Below are positions 35,477 to 49,800 of a stretch of DNA of 64,000 bases, one piece after another. The DNA lies in contig CM097885.1 of the NCBI GenBank assembly GCA_044892525.1, positions 47,617,727 to 47,681,726 on the forward strand. The letters run 5' to 3'. A model generated the notes under the pieces. The model ran no database searches. It worked only from the letters and a program-made list of their open reading frames with translations, and was not told the origin of the DNA. Both the position numbers and the translations under genes were made by a program. Position 1 is the stretch's first letter; each line of letters opens with the position of its first letter. This DNA comes from Schmidtea polychroa. Lineage: Eukaryota.

Positions 35477-37779
35477 AGGAGCATGAGTGGTTCTCGAGTC
35501 GTGGGAACATAATTTTAACAATAATTAACAACAATAATAATAATTTTAGCAATAATAATAATTTTAATAATAATTAATAGCAATAATAATAATTTTAATT
35601 TTTATCACAAATTTTTAGCAATCATAAATAATTTTAATATTTTAACAATAATCAATTTTGTAGCAGTTATTTAACACTTTAATAAGCATGTATATAAAAA
35701 TATATTAATTTCTTAATTATATTTCTTAAGTACACTTGAAAATTATAACAATTTAATTTCATATACGAAAAAAGTATAAATAGCGAGTCAAAATTCATTT
35801 TTTTCGCCCCAAAATTTTAACCGCGTTAACATACTAAAAAGGTTAATCCTTATTAGTGCTAAAACTCGAACAGACAAACAGAAACGTTCAAAAGCCTACA
35901 CGCAACACAGCAAGAGAATACATAACATTCACACAATACACACAAGCATATTCGATTGGATATTTAAAGGATTTTTGGATTTTTGTAGCAAACAAATTCA
36001 TATTGGTAAATTTTTATTTATAATAAAAGTTTTATAACTCACTTCGTCTTTTGATATATTTGTACATATATAAGAACCAGTAAGTTGAGTGTTCCCGAAT
36101 ATCGAGACCTCAACACAAATATAACAATATTAAATCGATTATAGGTCTCTAAAAATGTATTCAGAAATTAAAAACCAATTAATTAATTGAATAAACAAAA
36201 TCAATTTAATTATAAACGAAATCCCTGAGCAAGAAACTCGATAGTCCAGTCGGTCAAGCAAAACTAAAAATGGTTTAATTTCTAAGAATTTTTTGTTAAA
36301 TACGATAAAATAAAACAAATGTTTTCCCACTTTTTATCTGCTTTCGTTTTATATTTCAATTATTTTTTATTATGACAATAGATCAAAAATTAAATTTACT
36401 ATATAACACAAATTTAAGATATATTATAACACTTTATAGGGATAGTTCTAAAATTCTGTGTTATATAGAGAGAAACTTTTTGATTTATAGTCATAACTTA
36501 AATAAATAAAATAAAACGAATTTAAAATTTAATAAATTTTAAAAAAATAATATCAAATCTTTAAAAATATTTTATAGATGTAGATAACAAATAAGATAAA
36601 ATATAGGTTTACAATTCTCAAGAACTTCAAAATAATCGTTTTAACATAGAATTTACAAAATATGGTTCAAATGTAAGCGGTTCAATTCTTAGCCAAATTA
36701 AATTTTTTTAAATATTCTTATAATTTTTTTTGAAAAATTTCTTTATTTTCGAAACGAGTTGAAATTTATGTTCAATAATTAACATTTAATAAATTAATTA
36801 ATGAAAATTATTTAAGAAAATAAACTTTAAAATTAAAAAAATTTTTAAATCATCGAAACATAGTCTAAATTCATGAAGCGTTTCGAAATTTACACAAATA
36901 ATTAAAATTTTAACGTACACTTATAATAAAAATTATCTAATATTTGAAATGGTTAATGAAGTCTATTCTATTTAACTTCCTCAGACCCTGTGCACATTAC
37001 AATGTACGATATTTTCTTTCATTTTTTGAAGGCGCTTTAAATATTTTTTTAAATGTTTTGAGTTCCTCAAAAATTAAATCTTAAAAATTCAAAAATGTTT
37101 TTCTTAATCCTTTAAGACTCCGAACAAAATATTTTCAAAAAATAATTTTTTAATAAATAATAAAAAGTCAGGATTGAGGAGGTTAAAGCTGTGTCAATTA
37201 AATGTAATTTTAAATTACTACTAATGTGTTTAAACGTGAAAAATAAAATTTAAAAATATTTAAAATTTGGTATAATCCACTAATATACAAGGGTTAAAAT
37301 CAAAATTGCTTTTCGGAAATTTAAAACATAAAGTGAATAATCGCTGAGTAAATTTTTTCTATGAGATCCCAGAATTGAACTTTTATTCTGTTACTTTGTA
37401 AATCTTGTAGTATTTAACCTTAAACATATCGAGTCATTGTAGTATTTGGATTATGCCAATGAGTAAAAATAGAATTTAAATGCACAAAGCAAATTAAGTA
37501 CAAAAGATAAAAAGGTAGATCTAATTAAGAGAAAAATATAAAAAGAGGAGACGAGTTTGTTGGTCGAAAACAAATTTCAAACATTTCAAAGGTTAGAATA
37601 AATAAAAGTCAAAGAGAAATTAGTGTCAGTCAATATTAGAAATATTTGCATGCAAGAAGGGAGATCACCCATTGAAAGACGTAACCAAATCGTCTTTCTT
37701 AAAAAAAAGTAAAACCGAAATAAAATTATAATCAGACGAAGCAAGGTACGTGTTATATGCTGAATGGAGGATGATTTTG

Positions 37780-38450
37780 ATGCCTTATAGTTCCTGAATT
37801 TTTTGCTTCAAACATTGTAATGTATGAGCTGGGACATTGTCATGCTGTAGAATTACACTGCCATGATTCAATAGTCATGATAAGTGACTGCTCAAAGCAT
37901 CATGCCTTTTCTACAATTATTCAGAATTAAGGTTAATATCAATAATTCGGCCATCTGGAACAAGTTCGCAGTGCACAGGTTCCTCATAATTCCACCAAAC
38001 ACACAAAATCAGGATTTTTCGAAGTGACCCAGAGAAACAAATTGTTAAGTTAGCTATCCAGGCTAACCAACTGTTTGTTTTCTGTAATAATTCGCTTCAA
38101 TAAACAAATGTGTTTTTGGTTAACGAGTAGTCAACTCTGACTTGAATATATATTAATTCATGGGAAACACGGATTGAATTTTTATTTACAAAACTCATAT
38201 TTTACAGATGACGAACAATAGTTCTTTGAAAATGACAGAACTCCTCTGATAACTCGCGAGTGCTAGTACTAAGATGCTGCTCCACCAGGACAAGAAATTC
38301 CTCTTTGTTCACCACCGATGATCAACCTCAACATTCCAGATCTGGGTGATTAAAACGACTGCAGTGTAATTTCTTTGAGCATAGATTTGTCGAGTCGCAG
38401 GTGCTGTCATTAGGACTTTTTTCAATAATATCGTAATAAGAGACGAATTA
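37780..38450 (-). pseudogene. Degraded mariner transposase
   Basis: Minus-strand peptides STRELSEEF...RTIVRHL, LILCVWWNYEEPVHCELVPDG and QHDNVPAH. Confidence 0.8.
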
Positions 38451-38974
38451 CAGTTTTTAATTCAATTATTTTAAATTGTAAAAATAACTTAACAGATTTT
38501 TAAAATTTTAACTTTTCAAGTGCCGTTAGATTCATCTTTTCAAGGGCTTTAAAATGATACAAAATATTGCATATAAATGTTATGCTTAAATAATCTGGTA
38601 AAACAATAACTGTTAAAACAATAATTTTGTTAAAAGCAGAATGAAATTCATCAAATTTATTCCGAAATGTTTAAGAAATATAGTTTCAACAATACTAAAA
38701 AGAAATTTCTTTCTTTATATATTTATTTTTCATTAGTTACAAGTTAAATTTTATTTATTTATTTTTGATTAATTAATTTTTAATAAAGATTCCGAATTAT
38801 TTTTCATTTTAAATTATGACATACATTTTTTGTTAGTTTTAAATATATTGTTTATTCGCATTAAGCTTTACGCTTTGAAAAACACATTTCACAAATTATT
38901 TTTAAAATATTGAAAAGAATTTGCAATTTACTCTTTTAATTGATTAATTATAAATTTTATCGTTTTAATATCAA

Positions 38975-41900
38975 ATGGATCTCTACGATGATTATCCTTT
39001 AGAAGAAGATAAAATGTAAGAGCTATGTAATTAATGTTATTATCGACCAATATTTTATTATTCAAAATGATAAATATTATTCCATGTTAATGTCTTAAGG
39101 ATTTTTTTCTTATAGGGGAATGACAGTAACCAGTGGATCAGTTACTTTGCTGAAGGATGCTCAAAATTTAATCGGTATAAGTATTGGCGGTGGTGCGCCT
39201 TATTGTCCATGTTTATATGTGGTGCAAATATTTGACAACACACCCGCTTCTAAAGACGGAAGCCTGTTATCTGGCGATGAAATTACTGGAGTTAATCAGC
39301 AGTCTGTGAAGGGTAAAAGTAAAGTCGAAGTAGCTAGATTGATTCAAAGTTATAGAGTATATAATAACTAAGTTTCAAGATGGATTTAAATTTTTTAATA
39401 TTTTAAGGGTGAAGTGACAATTAACTATAATAAATTACACGCTGATCCCAAGCAAGGAAAAACATTAGATATCAGTAATTTTTTATCATATATGTTAATA
39501 AAATAGTATTTCAGTAAATATCTTACCATTATTATTAATTATATATTGTTAAATTATAAAATTAAAAATAACAAATTTACGTCTTTATATTATTGATAAA
39601 AACATTAAAGTTTGATTCTAGAACTAACAGACTACCGAATTTTTTGATTTTAATAATATTTCTCTGTCCTTGTTGATTACTTGCTGGCACTTTGTTTTTA
39701 TCATACAATTTCTTCGATCACTTTGACAATCTGATTGTTAATCTTTTATAGGGCGAATTCCAATCAATTATGATGAAAAAGCATCACTATGAATTGGTAT
39801 TCCACATGTTGGACAGAGAGCGTTATCGACTGTGTTTGAGATGACACAGTAATAACTATTTACAAAATTTAGGGTAATAATTAAAATATCTTCCACTCGT
39901 GTCGATTAGAGTCCCGTAATCGTACCATTTTGGGAAATATATGTATCTGTGTAACCATGGGTGATAGAAACAATCTGTAAAAAGTCAAAGATGGAAGACC
40001 CACTTAATAAACCAAATAGTTTTAGGTCGATCTGTATCCAGATTATTTCTATTGCATATGCTTATAAGGTCATACAGTGAAACCTCTCTAATAGGACCAC
40101 CCTTGGTTCCGGACCAAAAGTGGTCTTTACTAGAGGTGGTCCTATTAGAGAGGGTTTTATTTTTATAAAGAAAACTAGACTTAAATTGAAGATTTTATTA
40201 TAAAAACTCATCTAATGTTGTTTGTCTCTTCGATTTGGCTTCACTGTTATCAAAAACTATCATATTCGTCAACTTTTGTTCAGCTTGAAACATTATGTCA
40301 ACTAATTTATTGTCACCCAGTTCCATTCCAAGATTCTTAATCTGCTGAATATAAGATAAAGATGTTTTTAAATCAATTTTTGGTAAATCAGATTCTTCTT
40401 CGTTTGGTTCAGAAACCTCACTTGATGCATCATCCAAACTAGTGTAAGAAGAAATCAGTTTTTCTTCCCAGTCACTCTCAAAAACCGTCAAAGTCGAAAT
40501 CAAGCTTCTTAGCTAAATCTGTTACGTCTTGTTCGATCTCAGTTATAATATCTGGTTTAACCGTGATATCCGAGCAGAACCCACATTTTTTAAAACAGCT
40601 CTCAACTGTTGACGGCTTAACATCATTCCAAGACTCCTTTACAAACTCAACAACATTAGAGAGATTGATTTTTTTCAACAACTCTTCTACATTGGCAGTT
40701 GTTTCATAAAACGACAATAATGAAGAGAGCATTCTTTTTTGATATTCCAGCTTGAAAGATCTAATTATACTTTGGTCTAAAGGCTGAGATTTGCTGGTAG
40801 TATTTGCAGGAAGAAATGCAAATTTTATATTGCTTAAATCCATTTTAGGATGACACGTTGCATTATCCAATACTATCAGGATTCTTCTCTTTTCTTTTAA
40901 AAGCTTCTCATTGAACTTGGTACACCATTCCTTGAAAATTGTACTGGTCATCCAAGCCTTTCTATTTGCATGCCATTCAACACCCATTTTAGACATATCG
41001 ATGTTTTTGAAGCACCTAGGCCTTAAAGATTTATTAATTATGACCGGTTGCTCTTTTTCTCCCAACATATTAACACAAAGCCTGATTGTTATTCTTTGTT
41101 TGGATTTTTTACTTCCATATGTTTTTTCTCCAGCACGACCCAAAGATTTCCCTGGCAACATTTTATAGAATAAAGCAGTCTCATCTATGTTGTAGATATC
41201 TTTCTTTTCATAGTTTGTAATAACATCTGGGATTTTCGAAAACCAATCTGATAGCACAGATGGTTCTACGGAAGCAGATTCACCTGATAAAACCCTCAAA
41301 GTAATATTGTTTCTCTTGAGGAATTTCTCCAACCAGCCATTACTAGCTTTAAACACATTGTTGTTTAGACTAATAGCTATCTTCTTAGCTGATGCTTTCA
41401 ACAATTCTCCGTTAATAGGAAAGCCTCGCAGCACTTTGTTTTCATACCACTCTAGAACATACTCATTGATAAGTTTAAACTGCTGATTTGTTAGTCGTTT
41501 TAGTTTTTTATTTGCATTATTGTTCCAAAGCTCCTTTATTTCTTCTTTGTTAACAATGATATTGTGGACTTGCGTTTTACTACAAGAAAATCGTCTTGCA
41601 ATAAGTCTCTGTCCTTCTCCTCGCTCAGAAGATTTAATAACATCCATCTTCTCGTTCAATGTAAGCTCCTTTCTCGTTTTTTTACTCCCATTTTAATTTT
41701 AAAAAAATATTTAAACAAAAAATATTTAAACTAAAAATATTTTTTACGAAAAGTGGTCTTAACGAGAGGGGTGGTCCTATTATGGAGGGTTATTTGTCCC
41801 AGTAAACTACTGTGTAAATTTGGTTCCGAAGAAATAGAGGTCTTAACTAGAGGTGGTCTCTTTAGGGAGGTGGTCTTAAGTAGAGGTTTTACTGTATAAG

Positions 41901-43727
41901 GTACACAAGCTCTATAAAGTACATTTTCCTCATAATAGCCAATTTTGGCTCGTTAACAAAACTGCCATTTACTTTCTGTATAAAGTACAAAAAATATTGA
42001 AATTTTGTTCTTTATTTTTTATCGTAATAAAGTTTTTAGCTTATTAATTCAAAAAAATCAATATCCTCAAAGGTGGTTGAAAAGAAATCGCAAATTAGAA
42101 GATTAATTGATATTTCCACGAACATCTCAATTAGACAACATAATAAAGATTGATAGACTATTAGAAAGGTTGTAGACCTTTTTAATGTGTCGAAAGGGAC
42201 AGTACAATTAGCCATTGCAAAGCAGGATGATCTGATGAAAGAATATCGTACCAATATTAAAGAGTGTAATAGACGATACCGAATGTATAGGATGGTTAAA
42301 TAAAGTGACCTTAATATCATACTTTACAGCTGGTTTTGTACAGCCAGAATGTATGGATATTCAATAACGGGACTAATATTACAAAAGAAAGCGTTATTTA
42401 TATCGGAGGAAATTGGAATGGATCCCGTTGTGTTTAACGCTTCTGAACGATGGCTTTTGAAATGGAAGACAAGAAATAATAATTAAGCATATAAGATCAG
42501 TTGATAGGTAGCAACTTGCGATATTGTTTAAGCAAACGAATGGAGAGAGTAGTCTAGAGAGAATCATAAAGCATGCAACATTTTTAACGCACACGGGATT
42601 GGTTTCTTTTATAAAGCTTTGTCAGACAAAAATCTTAGCCAGAAAGCTATTCAATGCAAAGGTGGCAAATTAGGAAAAGTAAGAATAACAACAATGCTAA
42701 TGTGTTCTGTAACGTGAGGAAAGTAATAAGGAATTATAAAAATCTGAGATGTTTTGGAAACAACAATGATTGCAGTGCTAAATCGTGAATGACTAATTCA
42801 TTATTTAACAGATAAGTAATGAAACTGAACGAAATATTTCGTAATTAATCGATTTGATGTTTATTATTTTTATCATTTTGTAGGGTATTTTGTGCAAGTC
42901 GGTATCGCTGTCTGACTCATTGGTATTCTTTTATTAAGCAAATCGAACAGCCCAACAATAATATTTATTAGAAATTACCGCAATTTATGAAACAATTTCA
43001 GTTTACACCACTTTAAATAACTCATTACTCTGCTCACTTTTCAATTTAAACCTCATTCTTACGCAGGAAATATCTTCTGGTACGCTAAGAGTCAAAATGA
43101 TTTGATTGCACTAAATTTAAATTCGCTTTTACTCCTTTTCAATGCAATATCAATCTTCTTTCTTCGACCAATTGGGAATTCTGTTTACTTGACGGTTGCT
43201 TATTATTATTTCCTCGTCAAATTAATCTTGATAAGTTTCCGCCGGGCTTCCCCTTGCCGACCTAATTGGTTTTGGCAATTTATTTATTTTGACAGCCTGC
43301 CCCAATTTAATTACCCGTCAGCTAATTCAAATGTTCTCATTATCCTTCAATTGCCTCTACCTAATTAGATTGATCACTCGGGTTTCCTCACACTGCTAGG
43401 GTTTCCCATTAGGTCAGGTTTTCTATTAGCTAATTAATTTTTTAATTAACTTTTAGTTTTTTATAATTATTTCCTTCTAGGGACCCCCATTAACTTTATT
43501 TTTATTATATTTGAACTCGTCTCATTGTTCGACATCCGCTCATACCAGTTTCCCCCGAAAAAATATTCATTTTAAATTTTTTGATTTTTTTAATTAATAT
43601 TTTTGTACTTTGAATTATTATTGTGAATTTGATGTTTTTATTGATTTTCACTTTGTTTTTGTACCTACCTCATCGAACCCCAACAATTTTATGTGTAGTG
43701 TTTATTGTGTAACATGCGTGTTTTAAT

Positions 43728-43805
<78 letters not shown>

Positions 43806-46800
43806 TTAATATAATAATTATAATGAGAAACTAAAAAACCCCAAGGATGATGAAGCCTTATGTGATCATCTTTTAAGCAATGACCATTTCTCTACTGCTA
43901 ACATTTATACTACTTCTCATGTTAAATATTGTACGTAGAAGAAATTTCCGGAGCAATTGATGGTGTGGCTGTTTTGCACTCTGAACATTCCATTCGTCGA
44001 TAAATTAAATCTAGTATATAATAAATTACTATTTTTTGATAAATAAATGCTATAAATATATTTTACCAATACTTAGTACTTAAAAATTACTATAAATGAA
44101 AAATTACTATGAATTACTTTAAAAATTACTATTATTGACTATTTACTATTTTTTGATAATAATTGTTTTATGTCCAACCCTAAAAAAATATAAACTGCAT
44201 TATTTTAGCTTGGCAATAGAGTGAACTTTATATGAAGAGGTTACTGTATATATTTTACTGTATACATACATATTTTATGAAATAAACAATTCTCTTTTTA
44301 TAGCTCCTTATACACAATTTCTACTCAACACTCATTAAAGTAGTTATTTCCTTAATCCATAACTTCATCAACTTAATTCTCACTCAAGGGGTTCTTTTTT
44401 CTTATACCATAAAAACGTGATTGAATCATCGAAACGAATTCCTTGATAGGATTTAATTCCGACGAGTAAGGTACAATAAATTTGAAGGCTATGTTATTTG
44501 ATTTCAACATATCCTGAATCTCAGCTGTTTTCTGAAATCTAAAATTATCTATTATCAAAACAATGTTTAAATATGCATCCAATTTTGATTAAAAAAATCT
44601 GGGCAATAATTTGTCATCGGTACTTCATTCCATAAAGTTTTTATATTTTGCAACGTGATGTAATTCAATTTACATTGGTAAAAGTTCTTTGAAAAATATA
44701 AATATTGAAGTATTATTTAAAACATGATTTTATTAAACGTAAACCCAAATGATGATGATGATGATGATGATAATAATTTCAAGATTTATAATAATTATAC
44801 AATTTCATGTTTATTCATTCATCATGATGTAGTTCTGAAAAAGGTAAAGCATCGATTAGTGGAAAGACTAGAATCTACTACTGCTGATGCTTTAGGGTTA
44901 AGTAGAGCTATTTTAGTTAATGGTTAGTAAAATAATGAAATATTAGCTTGTTAACGTGGTTGCTGGGCATTCATATTTATTTATTATTCTTTAATAAAGT
45001 GGTGATGGTTTAAGTTTTTATGACTTGTAGTTTTGAAGAAAGTCAAACATAGAGTTGTGGAAAACATGACATCTAGTACTGCCGATGCCTTTGGTCTAAG
45101 TAGAGCAATTCTGTGCAATGGTAATTCTATTGTTCACTATTGTTCTGTGCTTTCATATGTACATTTTTAAGTGTTGTCATTCGAAAACTGTCGTAGCATG
45201 TCGCAAAAAATGTGAGTCACAAAAGTATCGTGAAATTGTTTTATTAATAGTTTTTCTTAATTTTTACATTTAGGCAGTTTTTTGTAGAAATCGTGAATTT
45301 TGCTTTTTTTGTAGCTTGCTTGCGCATATAAAACTTTTAGGATTTCTTTTTATTAATTAATGACTCATATCTAGATGGGCTTGTAAAAAGGCTAGATGAA
45401 ATGAATAAAACCGGAGGACTGTTTTTTGGATTAGTAGAGCACTCCAAATTTTTAGTGAGAGCAATTTATGATCTTTCCAAAGTTTATAGAGGTGATTTGT
45501 AAAATAATATGTTAGAGTTTAAAAATTCGATAATCCAGCTTTTGGGGAGGTGTTTTCACAGATCGGAGTGAAAGAACCTCAACCACGAGCTAGTGAAGCA
45601 TTTACAATATTCGGAAATGCTCATAGAAACATGGAGCGTTATGCCATGGATATGTTAAAGAAGATAAAACCAGTAATATCTATCTAAAAATAAAACGGGT
45701 TTCAATTTCAGTATTCAGATGATATCAGATTTGAATACTTTTTTGACTAAGGCTATTCCAGATACTAGATTAACGATAAAAAAATATCTTGACGCAAAAT
45801 TTGAATATCTGGTAGGTTTTGTTTGAAAATCTCCGTATTTTATAAATTAAAAATTTTCTCAACCCTTTCCATGTCAATTATAATTTTTTAATTAAATTGA
45901 AATTTATGAATTGTATACACCATCGTGCACCGTTTTTTCTCGATGTTTAATATTATGAAATTTTATATTGTTAAATTTGACATAAAATTTCTTTAAATTA
46001 AAATGGAAAATTCATCTAATGATGACCATGAAACACGCAATTCATTGCTTTATTCGGAATAACCCGTCTAAAATCACATTTAACTCGAAATAAGTAAGTG
46101 GCGCTTAGGAGTCTCGGTAATATAAAGAAAATTTAACCAACAATAAGTTTTTGTGTGTCATTAGCATAATTTACAATAATTTGACCAAACTAATATTAAA
46201 TAGAAGTTTATACTACAGTTTCCAAATATCCTGATATTATTTGATATTCCTACTTGTTTTATGTTGGACGATTTCGACTTATAAATTTAGTTCTTTATTT
46301 AAATCTTATTCAACTAGAGTTGAGGATTCTTCACGCATAATTTCTTCTTCATCTTCTAATTGCTGTAGGGAAAAGTAACTTTATAAGAGCTTTAGCAAAA
46401 CTAAGAATAAGTTTTGATGGACCAGCGAGACATTTTATTAAAGCCGTAAAACTGTCGTTTTATCGAGATTCAATGCCATTTTGAATTGACTGGAACAAAT
46501 CTCGATTTATTTCCGAAAATATATATAAAAGCCTTCAGGGATTTGCGTCTTTTCGACTTAATACTTCCTATAGCTAAAGACTGACATTTTTCATTTGCTC
46601 CAAGTTAATTTTATCCATCAAATAATAAGAATTCAAATCTTGTGAAATTGGCGTTTTTAACTTAAAAAATTTTTCTATCATAAGCACAATTGAAATACCA
46701 AAGGGCATTTAATCACGTTTGATCACAAATTAAGAATTAAGGTAAAACAATTAATTTAGAAAAAATAAAAAGCTACCTAAGGTAAAGACAAAAATTAAGG

Positions 46801-49800
46801 GCATTCACTATAGAAAAGCAGAAAAATAATTTCGGTGAGAAAACTAAAATTCAAACACAACGTCGTATGAAATACAAGGGGACAACAATTATGGGTATTT
46901 TTAATTACAAAATTATGCAATTTGAGGGTTTTTTATCGCTTTATCACTTTTCATCTTTCATTGAGTATGAGAAGAGCTAAGAGGAGCAATGATAATCATA
47001 ATTTATTGCAATTTAAAACTTCGAAATTTGGTAAATGATGATAGATTATAAAAATGATAGTTAAAAAGCTATAAAAAATTTTTTTGTTTTATTTTTAACC
47101 AACAAGATAGAAAATGGAAATAAAAGAAAGATCAAAAATCATTTGAAAATTGAAACAGCAAAATTCCAGAAAATTGATAAGAATTATTTTTATAGTCGAA
47201 AATGTTTTCAGCGGCAAAAGGCTTATATTATCATTTAATTGTTTAACATTTAGTTAATGCTGATACCAAGAAATCATAACTTTATACATCTATTACTGTC
47301 ATTTCAAAGTTTTGCTTTTTATTTTCGTTTCATTCTTTACAAATATTTGTCTTGAAATCTATAATTATTAGATGTTATAGACTTTTTAATTTTTTTGAAT
47401 GATTGTTGGTTGTTGAAAAATTGAATATGACTTATGAAAAGTTACATTGAAAATAAAACTTAAATGTTATTCCAAGAATGATGAAAATTTCAACTTTTCA
47501 AAAACATTCGGCCTCGAATTACCAAAATAGTCATAAAATAAAAATAATTAAAAAAACATTCACTTATAATTTAAAATAACGTTGGAATATATTAACCAAA
47601 TTTCAATTGGAATTTGACGCCCGACTACATAGTACAAAGCATAGTCAAATTTGTGAATTGATGGTGAAATGTCTTGATTTTAAGCTAGATAAAATATTAA
47701 TGAGAACACAAAATATTTCCTGTGCTTGAAGAATACCATTGTGCAATAATTATTTTAGTACTTTTGAAATGAATTTTTATGTACGTCTTTTCAACTAAAA
47801 AACAACTGACACATTATGTCTCAAAACTAAAATAAAAAGTTATAAGTTTCTATCTTTATTTATCAAATTTTATATAAATTGTCTTAATTTTTACATAATT
47901 ACTGAGTAATAATTAAACAAAGATGGCAACGATTTAATTATGAGAAAGCGTTACTCGAACATTCATTTTACGATATATTTAGACAGTTTTCTTTTCATTG
48001 TCAGGTAAGATTGAAAAACTATAGATATTATAGATTTTTGAATATTACAATTTAATTGCAAAAAACAGATTTAACAGTAATTACATTGAAATTCAAATTA
48101 TTTTCTAAAATTAAATATTTAAATATTAATGTCTAAATTATATTAAATAAATTAATATAATTTAGACAAAAAATATTTTATGCAAATATATTCTTAAAAT
48201 ATTATATTTGCATAAATAAATAAGTTTTTGAAAAACCACTCTGTAGCATTGATTATATTATACATTCGATTTTAAAAAGTTGATTTTCAGATAACATTGA
48301 TATATTTATTTAATGGTGTCGATTAAAAATAAAGTTATGGTAAAAGATTGATTTTCATTTAACATTATATTATTGAATACCGAAAGAATTTCAGATTTGG
48401 TAAATTTGAGATGTTAATAAATATTGATTGACTTTTATCAAGAGAAGACCTGAGACTTCTCTGTTAGACTTCTAAGGATTTAGTTAGATTAGACGTTTAA
48501 TGAATATTAATTGGGAATAACAATTGTGAATAATATATTAATTATTTAAAAATTAATTAACAAGTAATTGAAAATAATAAAATGTTTGTAGAATGAAGTG
48601 TTTGATGTTCTCTTGCTCAAAACATTGTTGATTTAAAATAATCCTTTTTGTTTTAATTTTGTTAATAATGAATTTTGAATTCTGAAAAACGTTTTAATTG
48701 GGTGATACCATCACAGAATCATATAGTCTAACAAGACTAATACTCGATAGAAGGTATACTAAAAATTTTTTAATTTATTCTTAAGAATTTTATATAATTC
48801 TAAGTCAGATTAGTGTAGAAAAATATGAAATTGCGTCAGTTAAATTTTTAATTTTTCTTTTTCGCTTGAATTTAAAATAAAATTTCTTTCGTTTCTACAT
48901 AATAAGATTAATAAAAAATAACAAATTTTCTAGTCTTTATCATTATTTAATATAAAAATCTCAAAAATTAAAAATGAAATGTAATGTTTAATTTATGTTT
49001 AATGTTTAGAATAAACTTTTTTTTAATTTTTTTTATTTACAAATTTCATTTCAGTACTTACAATAGAATATTTTTTTATCAATTGACAAATTAGTCACCA
49101 AAAGCCATATTGTTTGATTAGATGACTTTTCTATTATCATTTATTACACTAATATACAACATGGGTTTTTATCTAGAGTGTAGTTTATTTATTTATCTTA
49201 CTAATATAATTTTCAATTAATTTTTTTTACAAACTATAGATTAATATTTTTATTATGAATTTTTTTGAATATTTGAAAATCTGTGTATGAATTTCAAATT
49301 ATTTTTTAATATTTATGTTTTCGATTACTAAAATACAATGTCGCTGATGTGGTGGTTTATTTTTCTCACATATTGCCATTTAATACAATGAATAACCGGT
49401 TAGGTTTTATATTGGTTTGTTCTCCTCAATATAAGGTAATGGGTTGCATTTTGATCATTTGATCTTCAAATTGAGCTATCTTCAAAATTTGAAAAATGAT
49501 TCTCAGATTAAAACATCAATTAATTTTCAGATGTAATAAATAATGGACATTTGGTTAGAAATTCGTAAGAAAGAACTCTAATTTATACATTAAAAGCAAA
49601 CATTAAAATATCGGATCGTTATAAATTTTGTTATTTATTTATCACTGATAAAGTCAACTTATGTGTTTTTTACTGAATGAAATCAAATTGATGTCATTAA
49701 AACAGAAGAAAGAATTATCGATTGAAAATGAATGTTATAGTGTTTTTATGAGTATAAGTTGCACTTTTTTCCAAAATAAAGTGTTGCAGAAGCTATTAAG

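Noticed and set aside
44724..44832. Poly-Asp N-terminal ORF extension before PICK1 exon A
   Set aside because: Intronic (GAT)n microsatellite upstream of the AG acceptor at 44831-44832.
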